62,745 nucleotides of DNA, taken from positions 1 to 62,745 of the forward strand of contig DATJHD010000334.1 of assembly GCA_035494275.1 (NCBI GenBank). Reading direction: 5' to 3'. How positions within the stretch are numbered: position 1 is the first letter of the stretch; each line of letters opens with the position of its first letter. The stretch is from Croceibacterium sp. (GTDB lineage: Bacteria > Pseudomonadota > Alphaproteobacteria > Sphingomonadales > Sphingomonadaceae). Below the pieces are notes generated by a model that ran no database searches, had not been told where the DNA came from, and worked only from the letters and a program-made list of their open reading frames with translations. A program made the position numbers and the translations under genes. Positions 10,758-20,012 of this stretch are shown piece by piece.

Positions 10758-11632
10758 CCTTGTTTGCGGATTGCGTCCGCCAGCACCGCGGCGATCGGCA
10801 GAATTCCGACCGCGCCGGGTACGCTGTCCGTTGCGCGGATGCGGTCGACGCCGGCAGCGCGGAGCGCCTCCAGATCGGCTGCGCTGGCGAGGCAGTGCGT
10901 GGCAAGCACCTCGACACTGCTTGCGCCAGCCTGCAGCAGCAGCCGGGCGGCGACCTTCAGCGTCGCGCCGGTCGAGATCAGGTCATCCACGACGATGGCC
11001 TTGCGGCCGCGCGCGCGTTCCGCGTCGCTGATCTCGAGCCGGACTTCCCGGTCCCCGACGCGGAGCTTCCTGCCGAGCACGAATTCCAGCCTCTTGCGAT
11101 CGGCAATTCGCTCGACCCACTGCCGCGCCTCGCCATCGGGTCCGACCAGCAGGGGATCATCGCTCTCGTCGATCGCCTCGCCGAGTGCCGGTGCGGCCGA
11201 CAGCGCGACAGCCGCGATGTCCGGCATGACGGTGGCGAGCGATCGCGTTCGGTGGAGGTGCGGGTCGAGGGTCAGGAGAGCATCGAAGCTGCCTGCGAGA
11301 AGCTTGCCGATGACCCTTTGGCTGACCGCCTCGCCTGCCCGGAACGCGGCGTCCTGACGCATGTAGGCGAGGTAGGGAACGATGAAGATAACCCGCGCGG
11401 CGCCGTTGTCGCGCAAGGCCGCCGCTGCCAGCAGCACCTCGATCATCTTGGCGTTCGGGTGATCGAGCGACCGGTAGAGCAGCGCCGTGTCCGGGGACGT
11501 ATCGACCCGAACGAGGCTCTCACCGTCCGGAAAGGAATGCACCTCGACCATAAAGTGGGCCGCGCCGAGCGACCGCGCCAGCCGCAGCGAGGCTTCCGCC
11601 TGCTCGGGAAAGCCATAGACGGCGCAAGTCAT
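10745..11632 (-). CDS. Ribose-phosphate pyrophosphokinase-like protein
   Basis: FPDGES, PYLAYMRQD, DPHLH, PRPP-binding loop VVDDLISTGAT; ATG 11632 overlaps upstream stop. Confidence 0.9.
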   Translation of the reverse strand: MTCAVYGFPEQAEASLRLARSLGAAHFMVEVHSFPDGESLVRVDTSPDTALLYRSLDHPNAKMIEVLLAAAALRDNGAARVIFIVPYLAYMRQDAAFRAGEAVSQRVIGKLLAGSFDALLTLDPHLHRTRSLATVMPDIAAVALSAAPALGEAIDESDDPLLVGPDGEARQWVERIADRKRLEFVLGRKLRVGDREVRLEISDAERARGRKAIVVDDLISTGATLKVAARLLLQAGASSVEVLATHCLASAADLEALRAAGVDRIRATDSVPGAVGILPIAAVLADAIRKQGWCL

Positions 11633-13116
11633 GGCGCGATCTCGTAGCCGGTGTGCTCGGCCGCGAGATCGCAGGCGAAGCCGAGGCCCGTCTGCGACGC
11701 GGCATGGATGCGGTAAAGCGTCTCGCCCTTGCGAACCTCGGCCGTCACCTTGCACAAGAGATCGATCCCGGCTCCTTCGTCCATCGGCGCGCCCGCGAGG
11801 CGCGCGATACGGGCGATGCGCTCGCAGTCGATCGCGTGAACTCTTCCCGCACCCGGCGCGACGATATCGAAGTGCGGGCTTGCGACCTGTGGCGGCTCGG
11901 ATCGGCGGCCCTGGGCATCGATCATCCGCTCCATCGACGCGAGCGCCGCTCCGGAGGCGAGGAGTTCCAGCGCCCGGGCATAGCCTCGGCCACCGGCGAG
12001 CACGGGGTCGAATTCGAGCATGTGACCGGCGAGGGTCAGCGCATGGTCGCGCAGGTCGGCCGGCGCGTCGTCGTCGTTGCGCAGGATCGCCATCACGTCA
12101 CGCGCCTCGAGCACGGGGCCAATGCCGCGGCCGATCGGCTGTGACCCGTCGCTGAGGACGATGGTCGTCACCAGCCCCAGATGCCGCGCGACGTACTCGA
12201 ACAGTTTGCGCAGCCGCACGGCATCGCTCTGCGAGCGGACCTTCGCGGTTGGGCCGACCGGGATGTCGATCACGAGGTGAGTCGATCCCGCGGCCGCCTT
12301 CTTCGACAGGATGGACGCCACCATCTGCTCGAAGGTATCCAACCGCAGCGGCCGCTCGACGGAGATCAGCACGTCGTCCGCGGGTGACAGGTTCACCCGG
12401 CCGCCCCAGGCGAGGAATGCCTTTTCGCGCGCGATGATCTCGCGCATGCGCTGCTCGGTCAGGTCGACGTCGGCGAGGACGGCCATCGTGTCGGCGGTCC
12501 CCGACGGGGAGGTAATCGCGCGTGACGAGGTCTTGGGACAGATCAGTCCGTGGGCGGCGACGATCGGCACGACGATCATCGACGTGCGGTTGCCGGGGAT
12601 GCCGCCGATGCAGTGCTTGTCGACGACGAGCGGAGCGTCCCAGTGCAGGCGATTGCCGACGTCGATCATCGATCGCGTGAGCGCGAGCGTTTCCTGCGTG
12701 CTCATGAACCCGGCGCAGGCAACCAGGAAAGCGCCGATCTCCATGGGAGAATAGAGATGCCCCGCGACATCGCGAACGATGGTCGCGATCTCGCTGTCGG
12801 ACAGCGTGTAGCCGTCGATCTTGCGGCGCACGGACTCGAGGCTCGCCGGGGGCCGGGCCTGCTCGATTGAAACGAGCGTGCCGTCGGGACAGCCGAGGCG
12901 GCGAAAGGCCTGCTCGCCGAGCCCGATCTCGCCGAGGCCGACGAGAGCCTGATCATCGGCGATGTTGAGAGTGGCGAGCAGTTCCCGGTCATCGGTGAAG
13001 ATGCGGATCTTGCGGAGCGCCTGGAACTGCTCGGGCGAATATCCCTCACCGTCGCGCAGCAGGAAGGCTGTGTTTTCCGGATAGGTGTCGATCGGCACTC
13101 GTCTGATCGTCGGCAT
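11629..13116 (-). CDS. Thymidine phosphorylase family / AMP phosphorylase-like protein
   Basis: DKHCIGGIPGNRT, KTSSRAITSPSGTAD, SILSKK; extra N-terminal domain as in AMP phosphorylases. Confidence 0.9.
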   Translation of the reverse strand: MPTIRRVPIDTYPENTAFLLRDGEGYSPEQFQALRKIRIFTDDRELLATLNIADDQALVGLGEIGLGEQAFRRLGCPDGTLVSIEQARPPASLESVRRKIDGYTLSDSEIATIVRDVAGHLYSPMEIGAFLVACAGFMSTQETLALTRSMIDVGNRLHWDAPLVVDKHCIGGIPGNRTSMIVVPIVAAHGLICPKTSSRAITSPSGTADTMAVLADVDLTEQRMREIIAREKAFLAWGGRVNLSPADDVLISVERPLRLDTFEQMVASILSKKAAAGSTHLVIDIPVGPTAKVRSQSDAVRLRKLFEYVARHLGLVTTIVLSDGSQPIGRGIGPVLEARDVMAILRNDDDAPADLRDHALTLAGHMLEFDPVLAGGRGYARALELLASGAALASMERMIDAQGRRSEPPQVASPHFDIVAPGAGRVHAIDCERIARIARLAGAPMDEGAGIDLLCKVTAEVRKGETLYRIHAASQTGLGFACDLAAEHTGYEIAP

Positions 13117-13202
13117 GCGCCACCCTTGTCGTGCGTTCGATGGCTTTTCGGCCGGCTGCTGTCGCGCCCCGGATAGGCCTTGAGCCCGTCGGCGCAGTAT
13201 CG

Positions 13203-13238
13203 GGAAACCTACGGAGCGAGAGGTCTAAGTAGGTTTCC
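13203..13238. promoter_or_regulatory. Perfect 10-bp inverted repeat GGAAACCTAC-N16-GTAGGTTTCC; candidate FixJ-type operator
   Basis: Lies in the divergent intergenic region between the phosphorylase operon and hsp20. Confidence 0.45.
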
Positions 13239-13323
13239 GAATGCCCAATCGACGCGCGGCGAGCCTAGCCTCGCACAGCGTCCGAAATGGGTTTCGGATC
13301 GCTACCGCAAACAGGAGGCTCTC

Positions 13324-13797
13324 ATGGCTGAGCAGACTTCGCTTTCCACAAAGGTTCGCCCGGAGCCGGTGGTGTTCACCCGGCTGCGCAACGAGATCGA
13401 TCGCCTGTTCGACGACTTCGGCTTCGCTCGTCCCGCCCGCGGGATCTTCGCCTTTCCGGCGTCGGCGGAACTCAGCCCGGCGATGGAAATGACCGAGAAC
13501 AAGGATCATTACAGCCTTTCCGTCGAGCTGCCGGGAATGAACGAGAAGGACATCGACATCGAATGTGCCGATGGCGTGCTGACGATCTCGGGCGAGAAAC
13601 GGCAGGAATCGGAAGAGCAGAGCGACGGTTACCTGTTGACCGAGCGCAGCTACGGCTCGTTCAGGCGCCAGCAGGCGCTTCCGGCCGATGTCGATCCCGA
13701 CGGCATCGAAGCCAAATACGCCAAGGGTGTCCTCAAGCTGAAGCTGAAGAAGGACAAGCAGGCGCAAACTCGCGTCAAGAAGATCGCGATAGGCTGA
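13324..13797 (+). CDS. Hsp20/alpha-crystallin small heat shock protein
   Basis: CAGGAGG RBS; ELPGM, GVLTISGEK, ERSYGSFRR, A-Y-KGVL motifs. Confidence 0.93.
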   Translation: MAEQTSLSTKVRPEPVVFTRLRNEIDRLFDDFGFARPARGIFAFPASAELSPAMEMTENKDHYSLSVELPGMNEKDIDIECADGVLTISGEKRQESEEQSDGYLLTERSYGSFRRQQALPADVDPDGIEAKYAKGVLKLKLKKDKQAQTRVKKIAIG

Positions 13798-13836
13798 CCG
13801 CAGCCTTCCGGGCGGCGGTTTTCGCACCGCCGCCCG
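13797..13836 (+). terminator. Overlapping alternative hairpins after hsp20
   Basis: ACCGCAGCC/GGCGGCGGT followed by a short T run, overlapping a perfect 11-bp stem CGGGCGGCGGT/ACCGCCGCCCG. Confidence 0.45.
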
Positions 13837-13864
13837 CCGTCACAGCCGTCAAGGGAGTCGACCG

Positions 13865-14074
13865 ATGCCCAGCATTCCTCCCGAACGCCCGAACCGCATC
13901 ATGCCGCAATCGCCGCCGGGCGTGCGTCCGCCCCGTCGGCAGAAGTTCGTGCCTTTGCCTCCCGAAACCCAGCCGTGCCCTCCCGACATCGACGAGCCGG
14001 ACCGCTCGCCGGCGGAGACGCCGTGCCTGCCGGATGACCTCGATCGCCGGGTGGAACGCGAAGCCATCGCCTGA
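13865..14074 (+). CDS. Small proline-rich hypothetical protein
   Basis: AAGGGAG RBS; fills the gap between hsp20 and the convergent ATPase. Confidence 0.55.
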   Translation: MPSIPPERPNRIMPQSPPGVRPPRRQKFVPLPPETQPCPPDIDEPDRSPAETPCLPDDLDRRVEREAIA

Positions 14075-14086
14075 TCGCAGAGGCTC

Positions 14087-16642
14087 TCAGTCGACAAGGC
14101 TCCCCTTGAAGACCCTCTTGCCCGCGGCAACCACGCTTGCAAGGAGCACGGCGAGCGCCGCGACGGCAAGCAGGCTCTCCCGGGAAAGCGGCGCCAGCTG
14201 AAACAGCTGTGCGACGGGCGGCACGGCCAGCACCATCGCATTCATCGCGCCTGCGAGGACGAGGACGACCGCGAGCACGACGTTGCGACCGTTTCGGTGG
14301 CCCTTGAAGGTGCGGTTGGCGAGGACCAAGACGAACACCGAGGCGACCAGTCCGGCAAAAGCGGTTGAGCGGGCCGCCTCTTCGCCGAGGTCGGAGCGAT
14401 TGGCCCATGTTGCCAGTCCGAGCACCAAGAGCAGGCAGGAAAGGCCCTGGAGCGCCGACCAGGTGATGAGGCTGCGCGACACGAGCGGGCTGGCCGGCGG
14501 GCGCGGCTTGCGGCGCAGGATGTCGGGCTCTTCCGGTTCCGCCTCGAACGCGAGCGAGCATACCGGATCGATGACCATCTCGATCAGGGCGATATGCACA
14601 GGTCCCAGGATCAGCGGCCACCCGGCCAGCAAGGGCGCGATCGCGAGGCCTGCAATCGGCACGTGCACCGCGAAAATGAATGCGGCCGCCTTGCGGATGT
14701 TGTCGTAGATCCGTCGTCCCAGGCGAACCGCGGTCACGATCGCGCCGAAGTCGTCGTCGAGCAGGACGATCGCCGAGGCGGCACGGGCCACGTCGGTACC
14801 CCGTTGCCCCATCGCGATCCCGATATGGGCGGCTTTGAGGGAGGGCGCGTCATTCACCCCGTCGCCGATCATGGCGACGACCTCTCCCGAGGACTTGAGG
14901 GCCCGCACGATCCTGAGCTTTTGCTCGGGCATCACGCGCGCGAACACCGCGGCGTCCCGAACCTCCCGCACGAGGTCTTCGTCGCTCAGCCGGGCGATCG
15001 CCTCTCCGCTCACGACGCGTCCCCCCTCGATTCCGGCCTGGGCTGCAATGGTGCGGGCGGTCACCGGATAGTCGCCGGTAATCATGACGACGCGAATGCC
15101 GGCGTCCTGAAGCTGTCTGACGGCCGCGGGAACGGTCTCCCTGATCGGATCGGCGAGCCCCGCGAGGCCGCGGTAAGCGAAAGCGAAACGCCGCTGCGTC
15201 TCGGGCAGCATCCCGGATGGCCAACTGGCTTCGGCGAGCGCGAGCACGCGCAGGCCATGCTGCGCCATGTCTTCGACCGCCTGCTTCATGCGTTCCCTGG
15301 CGGCGCCATCGAGGCCGCACAGCTCGGCTATCGCCTCCGGAGCGCCCTTTGCGGCAACGAGCCTTTCTACCTGCCCCTCTCTTGCCCAGACCTGGGACAT
15401 GGCGAGCAGGTCGGAGCCGAGCGGATAAGTCTGCTCGACCGACCAGCCACGCTCCCGGTGATCGCTCAACGATGCCCCGGAGTGGCTCGATGCCAGCTGA
15501 TGGAAGGCGAGTTCCATCGGGTCGAACGGGACTTCCTCGCTTGCCAGCATCGCCAGTCCGGCAAGTTTCGTGAAGGCCGCGCCGGGCATGGCTGCCGCCT
15601 CCGGCCGATGGCTGTCGCCGTCCGCCAATCGCAATTCGACGACTTCCATCCGGTTCTGGGTCAAAGTTCCCGTCTTGTCGGTGCAGAGCACCGTGGCCGC
15701 GCCAAGGGTCTCGATGGCGGCACCCCGCCGTGCCAGCACGCGCGACCTCGACATGCGCAAGGCCCCGATCGTGACGAACAAGGCGAGCACTACCGGCAGC
15801 TCCTCGGGGAGCAGCGACATGGCGAGCGCGATGCCTGAAAGGATCGCGTTGAGCCACCCTCCCCTGAAAAGGCCATAGAGCAGCATCGCGAGCAGACTGA
15901 CGCCGATCCCCGCCACCGCGAACCAGCGGACCAGGCCTCGCGTCTGCTGAACGAGAGGCGGCGTTTCGGATTCGAGCGAAGCGAGCGATTGCCCGATCGC
16001 GCCGATGCGGCTTGCGGGACCGGTGGCCGCGACGCGCATCAGGCCGGTTCCGCGCACCGCGAGCGTACCGGAAAAGGCATAAGGCAGGTTGTCTCCGCCG
16101 GGATCCGGCGGTTGAGCCGACCGAGGCGAAGCCGTCACCGATTTGGCGACGGGCGCCGATTCGCCGGTGAGGATGGCTTCGTCGGCATGAAGGGCGTTGG
16201 CTTCGACCAGCCAGCCGTCGGCCGCGATCCGGCCGCCTTCGGTGATGACCAGCAAGTCGCCGCGAACCACTTCGCGTGCCGGGACGGTCATCCTTGCGCC
16301 GTCGCGGATCACCGTCGCGAGGGGCATGGCCAGGTCCCGCAGCGCCTCCACGGCGCGCTCGGTCCGCACTTGCTGGACGGTGGAGATGGCAATCGTCAGC
16401 AAGACGAAGACCATGAGGATCAGCGCCTCGCCAAGGTCTCCGAGAAGGAGATAGATCGCGCCGCCGGCGAGCAGCAGCAGGAGCATGGGTTCGCGCAATA
16501 CGCCAGCGACGATCGCGAGCGCGGGGCGACGGCCGCCACCCGGCAGGTCGTTGGGCCCCTCGAGTGCGAGGCGCGCTGCCGCCTCGGCCTGCGAGAGGCC
16601 CTGTGGCGAGGCGGCGACGGGCGGGGTATGGGTCTTCGCCAT
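14087..16642 (-). CDS. Cation-transporting P-type ATPase (type II-like)
   Basis: TGES, PEELP, DKTGT, MITGD, GDGVNDAP motifs. Confidence 0.92.
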   Translation of the reverse strand: MAKTHTPPVAASPQGLSQAEAAARLALEGPNDLPGGGRRPALAIVAGVLREPMLLLLLAGGAIYLLLGDLGEALILMVFVLLTIAISTVQQVRTERAVEALRDLAMPLATVIRDGARMTVPAREVVRGDLLVITEGGRIAADGWLVEANALHADEAILTGESAPVAKSVTASPRSAQPPDPGGDNLPYAFSGTLAVRGTGLMRVAATGPASRIGAIGQSLASLESETPPLVQQTRGLVRWFAVAGIGVSLLAMLLYGLFRGGWLNAILSGIALAMSLLPEELPVVLALFVTIGALRMSRSRVLARRGAAIETLGAATVLCTDKTGTLTQNRMEVVELRLADGDSHRPEAAAMPGAAFTKLAGLAMLASEEVPFDPMELAFHQLASSHSGASLSDHRERGWSVEQTYPLGSDLLAMSQVWAREGQVERLVAAKGAPEAIAELCGLDGAARERMKQAVEDMAQHGLRVLALAEASWPSGMLPETQRRFAFAYRGLAGLADPIRETVPAAVRQLQDAGIRVVMITGDYPVTARTIAAQAGIEGGRVVSGEAIARLSDEDLVREVRDAAVFARVMPEQKLRIVRALKSSGEVVAMIGDGVNDAPSLKAAHIGIAMGQRGTDVARAASAIVLLDDDFGAIVTAVRLGRRIYDNIRKAAAFIFAVHVPIAGLAIAPLLAGWPLILGPVHIALIEMVIDPVCSLAFEAEPEEPDILRRKPRPPASPLVSRSLITWSALQGLSCLLLVLGLATWANRSDLGEEAARSTAFAGLVASVFVLVLANRTFKGHRNGRNVVLAVVLVLAGAMNAMVLAVPPVAQLFQLAPLSRESLLAVAALAVLLASVVAAGKRVFKGSLVD

Positions 16643-16663
16643 GGGCTCGTGTCTCGGGCTGGA

Positions 16664-17083
16664 TCAATGGCGCACGATGAAAACCGAGCACCTTGCGTGC
16701 CTTGCGACGTAAAGCGCATGCGCGCCAATCAGGTAGTCCTTCGCTCCGGGGCGATGCGAGGAAAGGATGATGAGGTCGGCCTCGATCGTCTCGGCGAGCT
16801 CGACGATCGTCGGCCCGATCGCTCCGCCCGCTACCTTCACGTCATAATGGGCCGCGCCGCAGCCTTGGGCGAGGCTCCGCAGGCGAAGTTCGGCGTCCTT
16901 GACCAGCCTGCGATAACCGAGCGGAGACCACTGCACATCGCGCGTCGCCACCCAGTCGGAGATCACCGTGGCGAGCGACAGGTTCGAGCGGTGGGCCTCG
17001 GCGAAAGCCACGGCGACCGGCAGGGCTTTCGCCCATGAGCTCGGCTCGTCGAGATCGAGCGGGAGCATTATGCGTTCGAACAT
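16664..17083 (-). CDS. Universal stress protein (USP/UspF-like)
   Basis: MFERIMLPLD start after GGAGG; ADLIILSSH..LIG...VARHARCSVFIVR. Confidence 0.9.
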   Translation of the reverse strand: MFERIMLPLDLDEPSSWAKALPVAVAFAEAHRSNLSLATVISDWVATRDVQWSPLGYRRLVKDAELRLRSLAQGCGAAHYDVKVAGGAIGPTIVELAETIEADLIILSSHRPGAKDYLIGAHALYVARHARCSVFIVRH

Positions 17084-17180
17084 CACAGCCTCCACGGGAA
17101 ACTCCAACGACGACCGGCGATGCGGTTGCCGGGCCGGTCGGCGATGGGCGGCAAGGCCTCGCGCGCAGTGCCGAAGGTCC

Positions 17181-18515
17181 TCACGGTATCTCGCGCGCGA
17201 GATCGTCTTGAAATGCCGGATGGGCGATTGCGACGAGAGCCTCGGCGCGCTGTCGCAGCGACTTCCCCTTGAGGTCGGCGCAGCCGAATTCCGTGACCAC
17301 GATGTGCGTGTCGTTGCGCGGGGTCGTGACGGGGCCGGCCAGGCGGGCGACAATGCGCGACACCGTCCCATCCTTCGCCGTCGACGGGCAGCAGATGATC
17401 GACTTTCCGCCCGCCGAGGCCGCCGCGCCGCGGACGAAATCGAGCTGGCCGCCCGAGCCGCTGTACTGGTGGCCCATGACATGCTCCGAGTTGCAGGCTC
17501 CGCCAAGATCGACCTGCAGCGTGGCGTTGATGGAGACGACGCAGGGGTTCTTGGAGATGTGTCGCGGATCGTTGACGACGTTGACCGGCGCGGAGTGGAA
17601 TGACGGATTGTCGTCGAGCATGTCGTAGAGCGCCGCGTCGCCCATCGCGAAGGTGAACACGCTGCGCCCGGGATAGGTCGCCTTGCGCCGGTTCGTGACC
17701 GCGCCGGAGCGAACGAGGCTGGCCAGGCCCGGCGTCATGAGCTCGGTGTGGATCCCGAGGTCGCGATGACCGCCGAGCAAGTCGCAAACGGCGCCCGGCA
17801 GACGGCCGATGCCCATCTGCAGGCAGGCGCCATCGCCGATCATCCCGGCGACCGAGTGTGCGATGACCTGCTCCTCGGGCGTGGCATCGCCGACCGCGAT
17901 CTCGGTCAACGGCGCGTCATTTTCGACGATCGCGTCGACTTCCGAGATGTGCAGCAGAGAGTCGCCGAGGACGCGAGGCATGCGGGGATTTACCTCGACG
18001 ATGAGCCGCCTGGCGCTTCTCGCCACCGTCGAGCCGTAGTCGTTGCCGACCCCGAATGTGAACCAGCCGTGCCGGTCCATCGGCGAGACCGTGACGACGA
18101 ACGCCTCGAGGGGCACCCGCTCGCTGAGCAGGCGAGGCGCTTCACTAAAGGCCGTCGGTACGAACTCGATCGGCGGGCGCTGCCCGGCGCTCTCGGCTTG
18201 CCGGATCAGCCCTCGCTCCACTGGCGAAAGAAACATGCAATGCGGCCGCACCCGGTCGAGCAGTTCGGCGCGAAGTACCGTCCGGGCGGCATGATCGAGC
18301 GAATGAAAATACCACAGCTTGAGGTCGTCGAGACTGCCCTGCTCGACCCTCGCGGCGAGAGCGGCGAGCAGGGCGGGAGGCTCGGCGACGGCCATCCCCA
18401 TGGCGATGTGGGCGCCAGGCGCAATCGCAGCGACGGCGGCGTCCGCGGTGACGAGCTTGGACCGGTATTCGGCGAGCATGGGGGTTTTCGTGCCGGACGC
18501 GCTGGCTTGCCGCAT
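17181..18515 (-). CDS. Acetyl-CoA hydrolase/transferase family (4-hydroxybutyrate CoA-transferase-like)
   Basis: LQMGIG, LGIHTE, SGSGGQLDFVRGA, VVTEFG, IAHP motifs; alternative start 18479. Confidence 0.9.
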   Translation of the reverse strand: MRQASASGTKTPMLAEYRSKLVTADAAVAAIAPGAHIAMGMAVAEPPALLAALAARVEQGSLDDLKLWYFHSLDHAARTVLRAELLDRVRPHCMFLSPVERGLIRQAESAGQRPPIEFVPTAFSEAPRLLSERVPLEAFVVTVSPMDRHGWFTFGVGNDYGSTVARSARRLIVEVNPRMPRVLGDSLLHISEVDAIVENDAPLTEIAVGDATPEEQVIAHSVAGMIGDGACLQMGIGRLPGAVCDLLGGHRDLGIHTELMTPGLASLVRSGAVTNRRKATYPGRSVFTFAMGDAALYDMLDDNPSFHSAPVNVVNDPRHISKNPCVVSINATLQVDLGGACNSEHVMGHQYSGSGGQLDFVRGAAASAGGKSIICCPSTAKDGTVSRIVARLAGPVTTPRNDTHIVVTEFGCADLKGKSLRQRAEALVAIAHPAFQDDLAREIP

Positions 18516-18654
18516 CTGGGAGCTTTACGGAGATGCCGCGGCCTCCCCAGCCGCTTGGGAAACCCATCAATCGCCTCTATTCACATGCGGGCTGCTTCTT
18601 TCCCGTCAAGAGAGGCGCCACCCGGGCGAGCGAAGCGTGCCGCTCACAGCGGCG

Positions 18655-19092
18655 TCAGGCGACCCGTTCGATCGGCCACAACGCGCGGATTTCCTTGCGC
18701 AACGCGTTGCGGACCTTGGCAAGCTCGCCTGGCGAAACATGCCGTTCCAGTACGGAAAACACGACCGCGACGGCGAGTTTGGGCGCGACCCCCCGGCTGT
18801 CTTTCAGTTTTTCGCCAATAGCCGCGAGGAATGGCCCCTCGCCGACAAGGTCGCGCGGCTGCCTGGAGGGCTGGTAATGCTCGTAATAGGCTCCCCGCAC
18901 CAGGAGCGGCAGTTGCGCCGCAAGATGCGCCGCGAGTTCCGGCTGCAGTTCATCACGCAGCGTCTGCAGAACGGTGGCAAGGACCTTCCAGGCGAGCTTG
19001 CGGTCGGGGCCGACGTAGGCCGAGATCTCGTCGAGCCAGACGTTCGTCGTGTGCAGCGTGTGATCGAACACGGCAAGACCGGTGGCGCTCAT
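18655..19092 (-). CDS. DUF2267 family protein
   Basis: FDHTLHTTNVWL, LRDEL...HLAAQLPLLVRG, IRALWP. Confidence 0.85.
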   Translation of the reverse strand: MSATGLAVFDHTLHTTNVWLDEISAYVGPDRKLAWKVLATVLQTLRDELQPELAAHLAAQLPLLVRGAYYEHYQPSRQPRDLVGEGPFLAAIGEKLKDSRGVAPKLAVAVVFSVLERHVSPGELAKVRNALRKEIRALWPIERVA

Positions 19093-19556
19093 TGGCTCCC
19101 TCCCGAACTCGTTGGGACAGGCTCGGCGGCTATCGCCGTGATGACCTGATCACTCGTATGATGCGTGAGGTCCTTGTCGATCTCGGCGAGCAGTTTCTCG
19201 CGTGTGCGGCGCCCCCAGTGCTGACGCAGCACGCCGAGCGTGCGCGGCGGAGCGAGAACGATGATGCCGGCGGCGGCGGCGGCGGCGGCCTTTTCGAGCT
19301 CCCTTGCGGTTTGGACCGCGAAACGATCCTCGGCCTGCTGGTGCCAGTCGGTCTCGCTGTAGCGACTGAACCGGGCGCCGGCGCTGGCGGCTGTGCGGCC
19401 AGGCGCGTCGCTGCCTTGCTCACGGCTCGGTGGGTGGGATTGCTCGGTGTGAGCGAGGGTCGCGAGCACGGGATAACGCTCGTCGCCTTCGTTGCGGAAA
19501 AGGAGCGATTTCTCGCCGTCCGCGACCATCACGATGGTGTCGTGCGCGATTCTCAT
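19089..19556 (-). CDS. Host attachment protein (AtsE / baeRF12 release-factor-like family)
   Basis: VMVADGEK, DAPGR, WHQQAEDRFA, APPRTLG, AEIDKDLT; GAGGAGG RBS. Confidence 0.85.
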   Translation of the reverse strand: MRIAHDTIVMVADGEKSLLFRNEGDERYPVLATLAHTEQSHPPSREQGSDAPGRTAASAGARFSRYSETDWHQQAEDRFAVQTARELEKAAAAAAAGIIVLAPPRTLGVLRQHWGRRTREKLLAEIDKDLTHHTSDQVITAIAAEPVPTSSGGSQ

Positions 19557-19700
19557 GTGAACCTCCTCGGCGACTTTCGGGAAGGCAAGTGTCGCTCGGC
19601 GAAGCGCCTGGCGCCTATTGCGAATGTTACTTAGCCGTGACCGAAGTCGCCTTTCTCCCTAATATTGGGTAATATGACCCGCACCTGAGAGGAGGCAGCC

Positions 19701-19904
19701 ATGGCCCAGGACGATGCGTTTCTTCACCGTGGCAACATCAGGCGCTTCGAGCAGAAGCTGAGCGAAGCCACCGACGCGGGCCAGCGCCGAGTGCTCAGGC
19801 AGCTGCTGGCGGCCGAACGGGCGCGCGTGCTGGACGACGCCGGCGCCGGCGAACGCGTTCGACCTGCCGGGCCGGAGACCCGCGCGCCGAACGCTGAAGA
19901 CTAA
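19701..19904 (+). CDS. Small helical hypothetical protein
   Basis: Strong GAGGAGG RBS; F-x-H-x-x-NI-x-RF...LL-x-x-E pattern. Confidence 0.6.
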   Translation: MAQDDAFLHRGNIRRFEQKLSEATDAGQRRVLRQLLAAERARVLDDAGAGERVRPAGPETRAPNAED

Positions 19905-20012
19905 TTTCCGATTCGATCTTCGCGGTTCTTGCGAGCGCTGTCGCTCAGGGCCCTGAGGGGTCCGCAACGGGATCGACAGCGAAGCCATCGACTCCGTTGC
20001 CGTGCGATCTTC

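Noticed and set aside
6601-19904. FNR/FixK boxes (TTGAT-N4-ATCAA) expected for this type of island
   Set aside because: No acceptable match seen by eye in the intergenic regions
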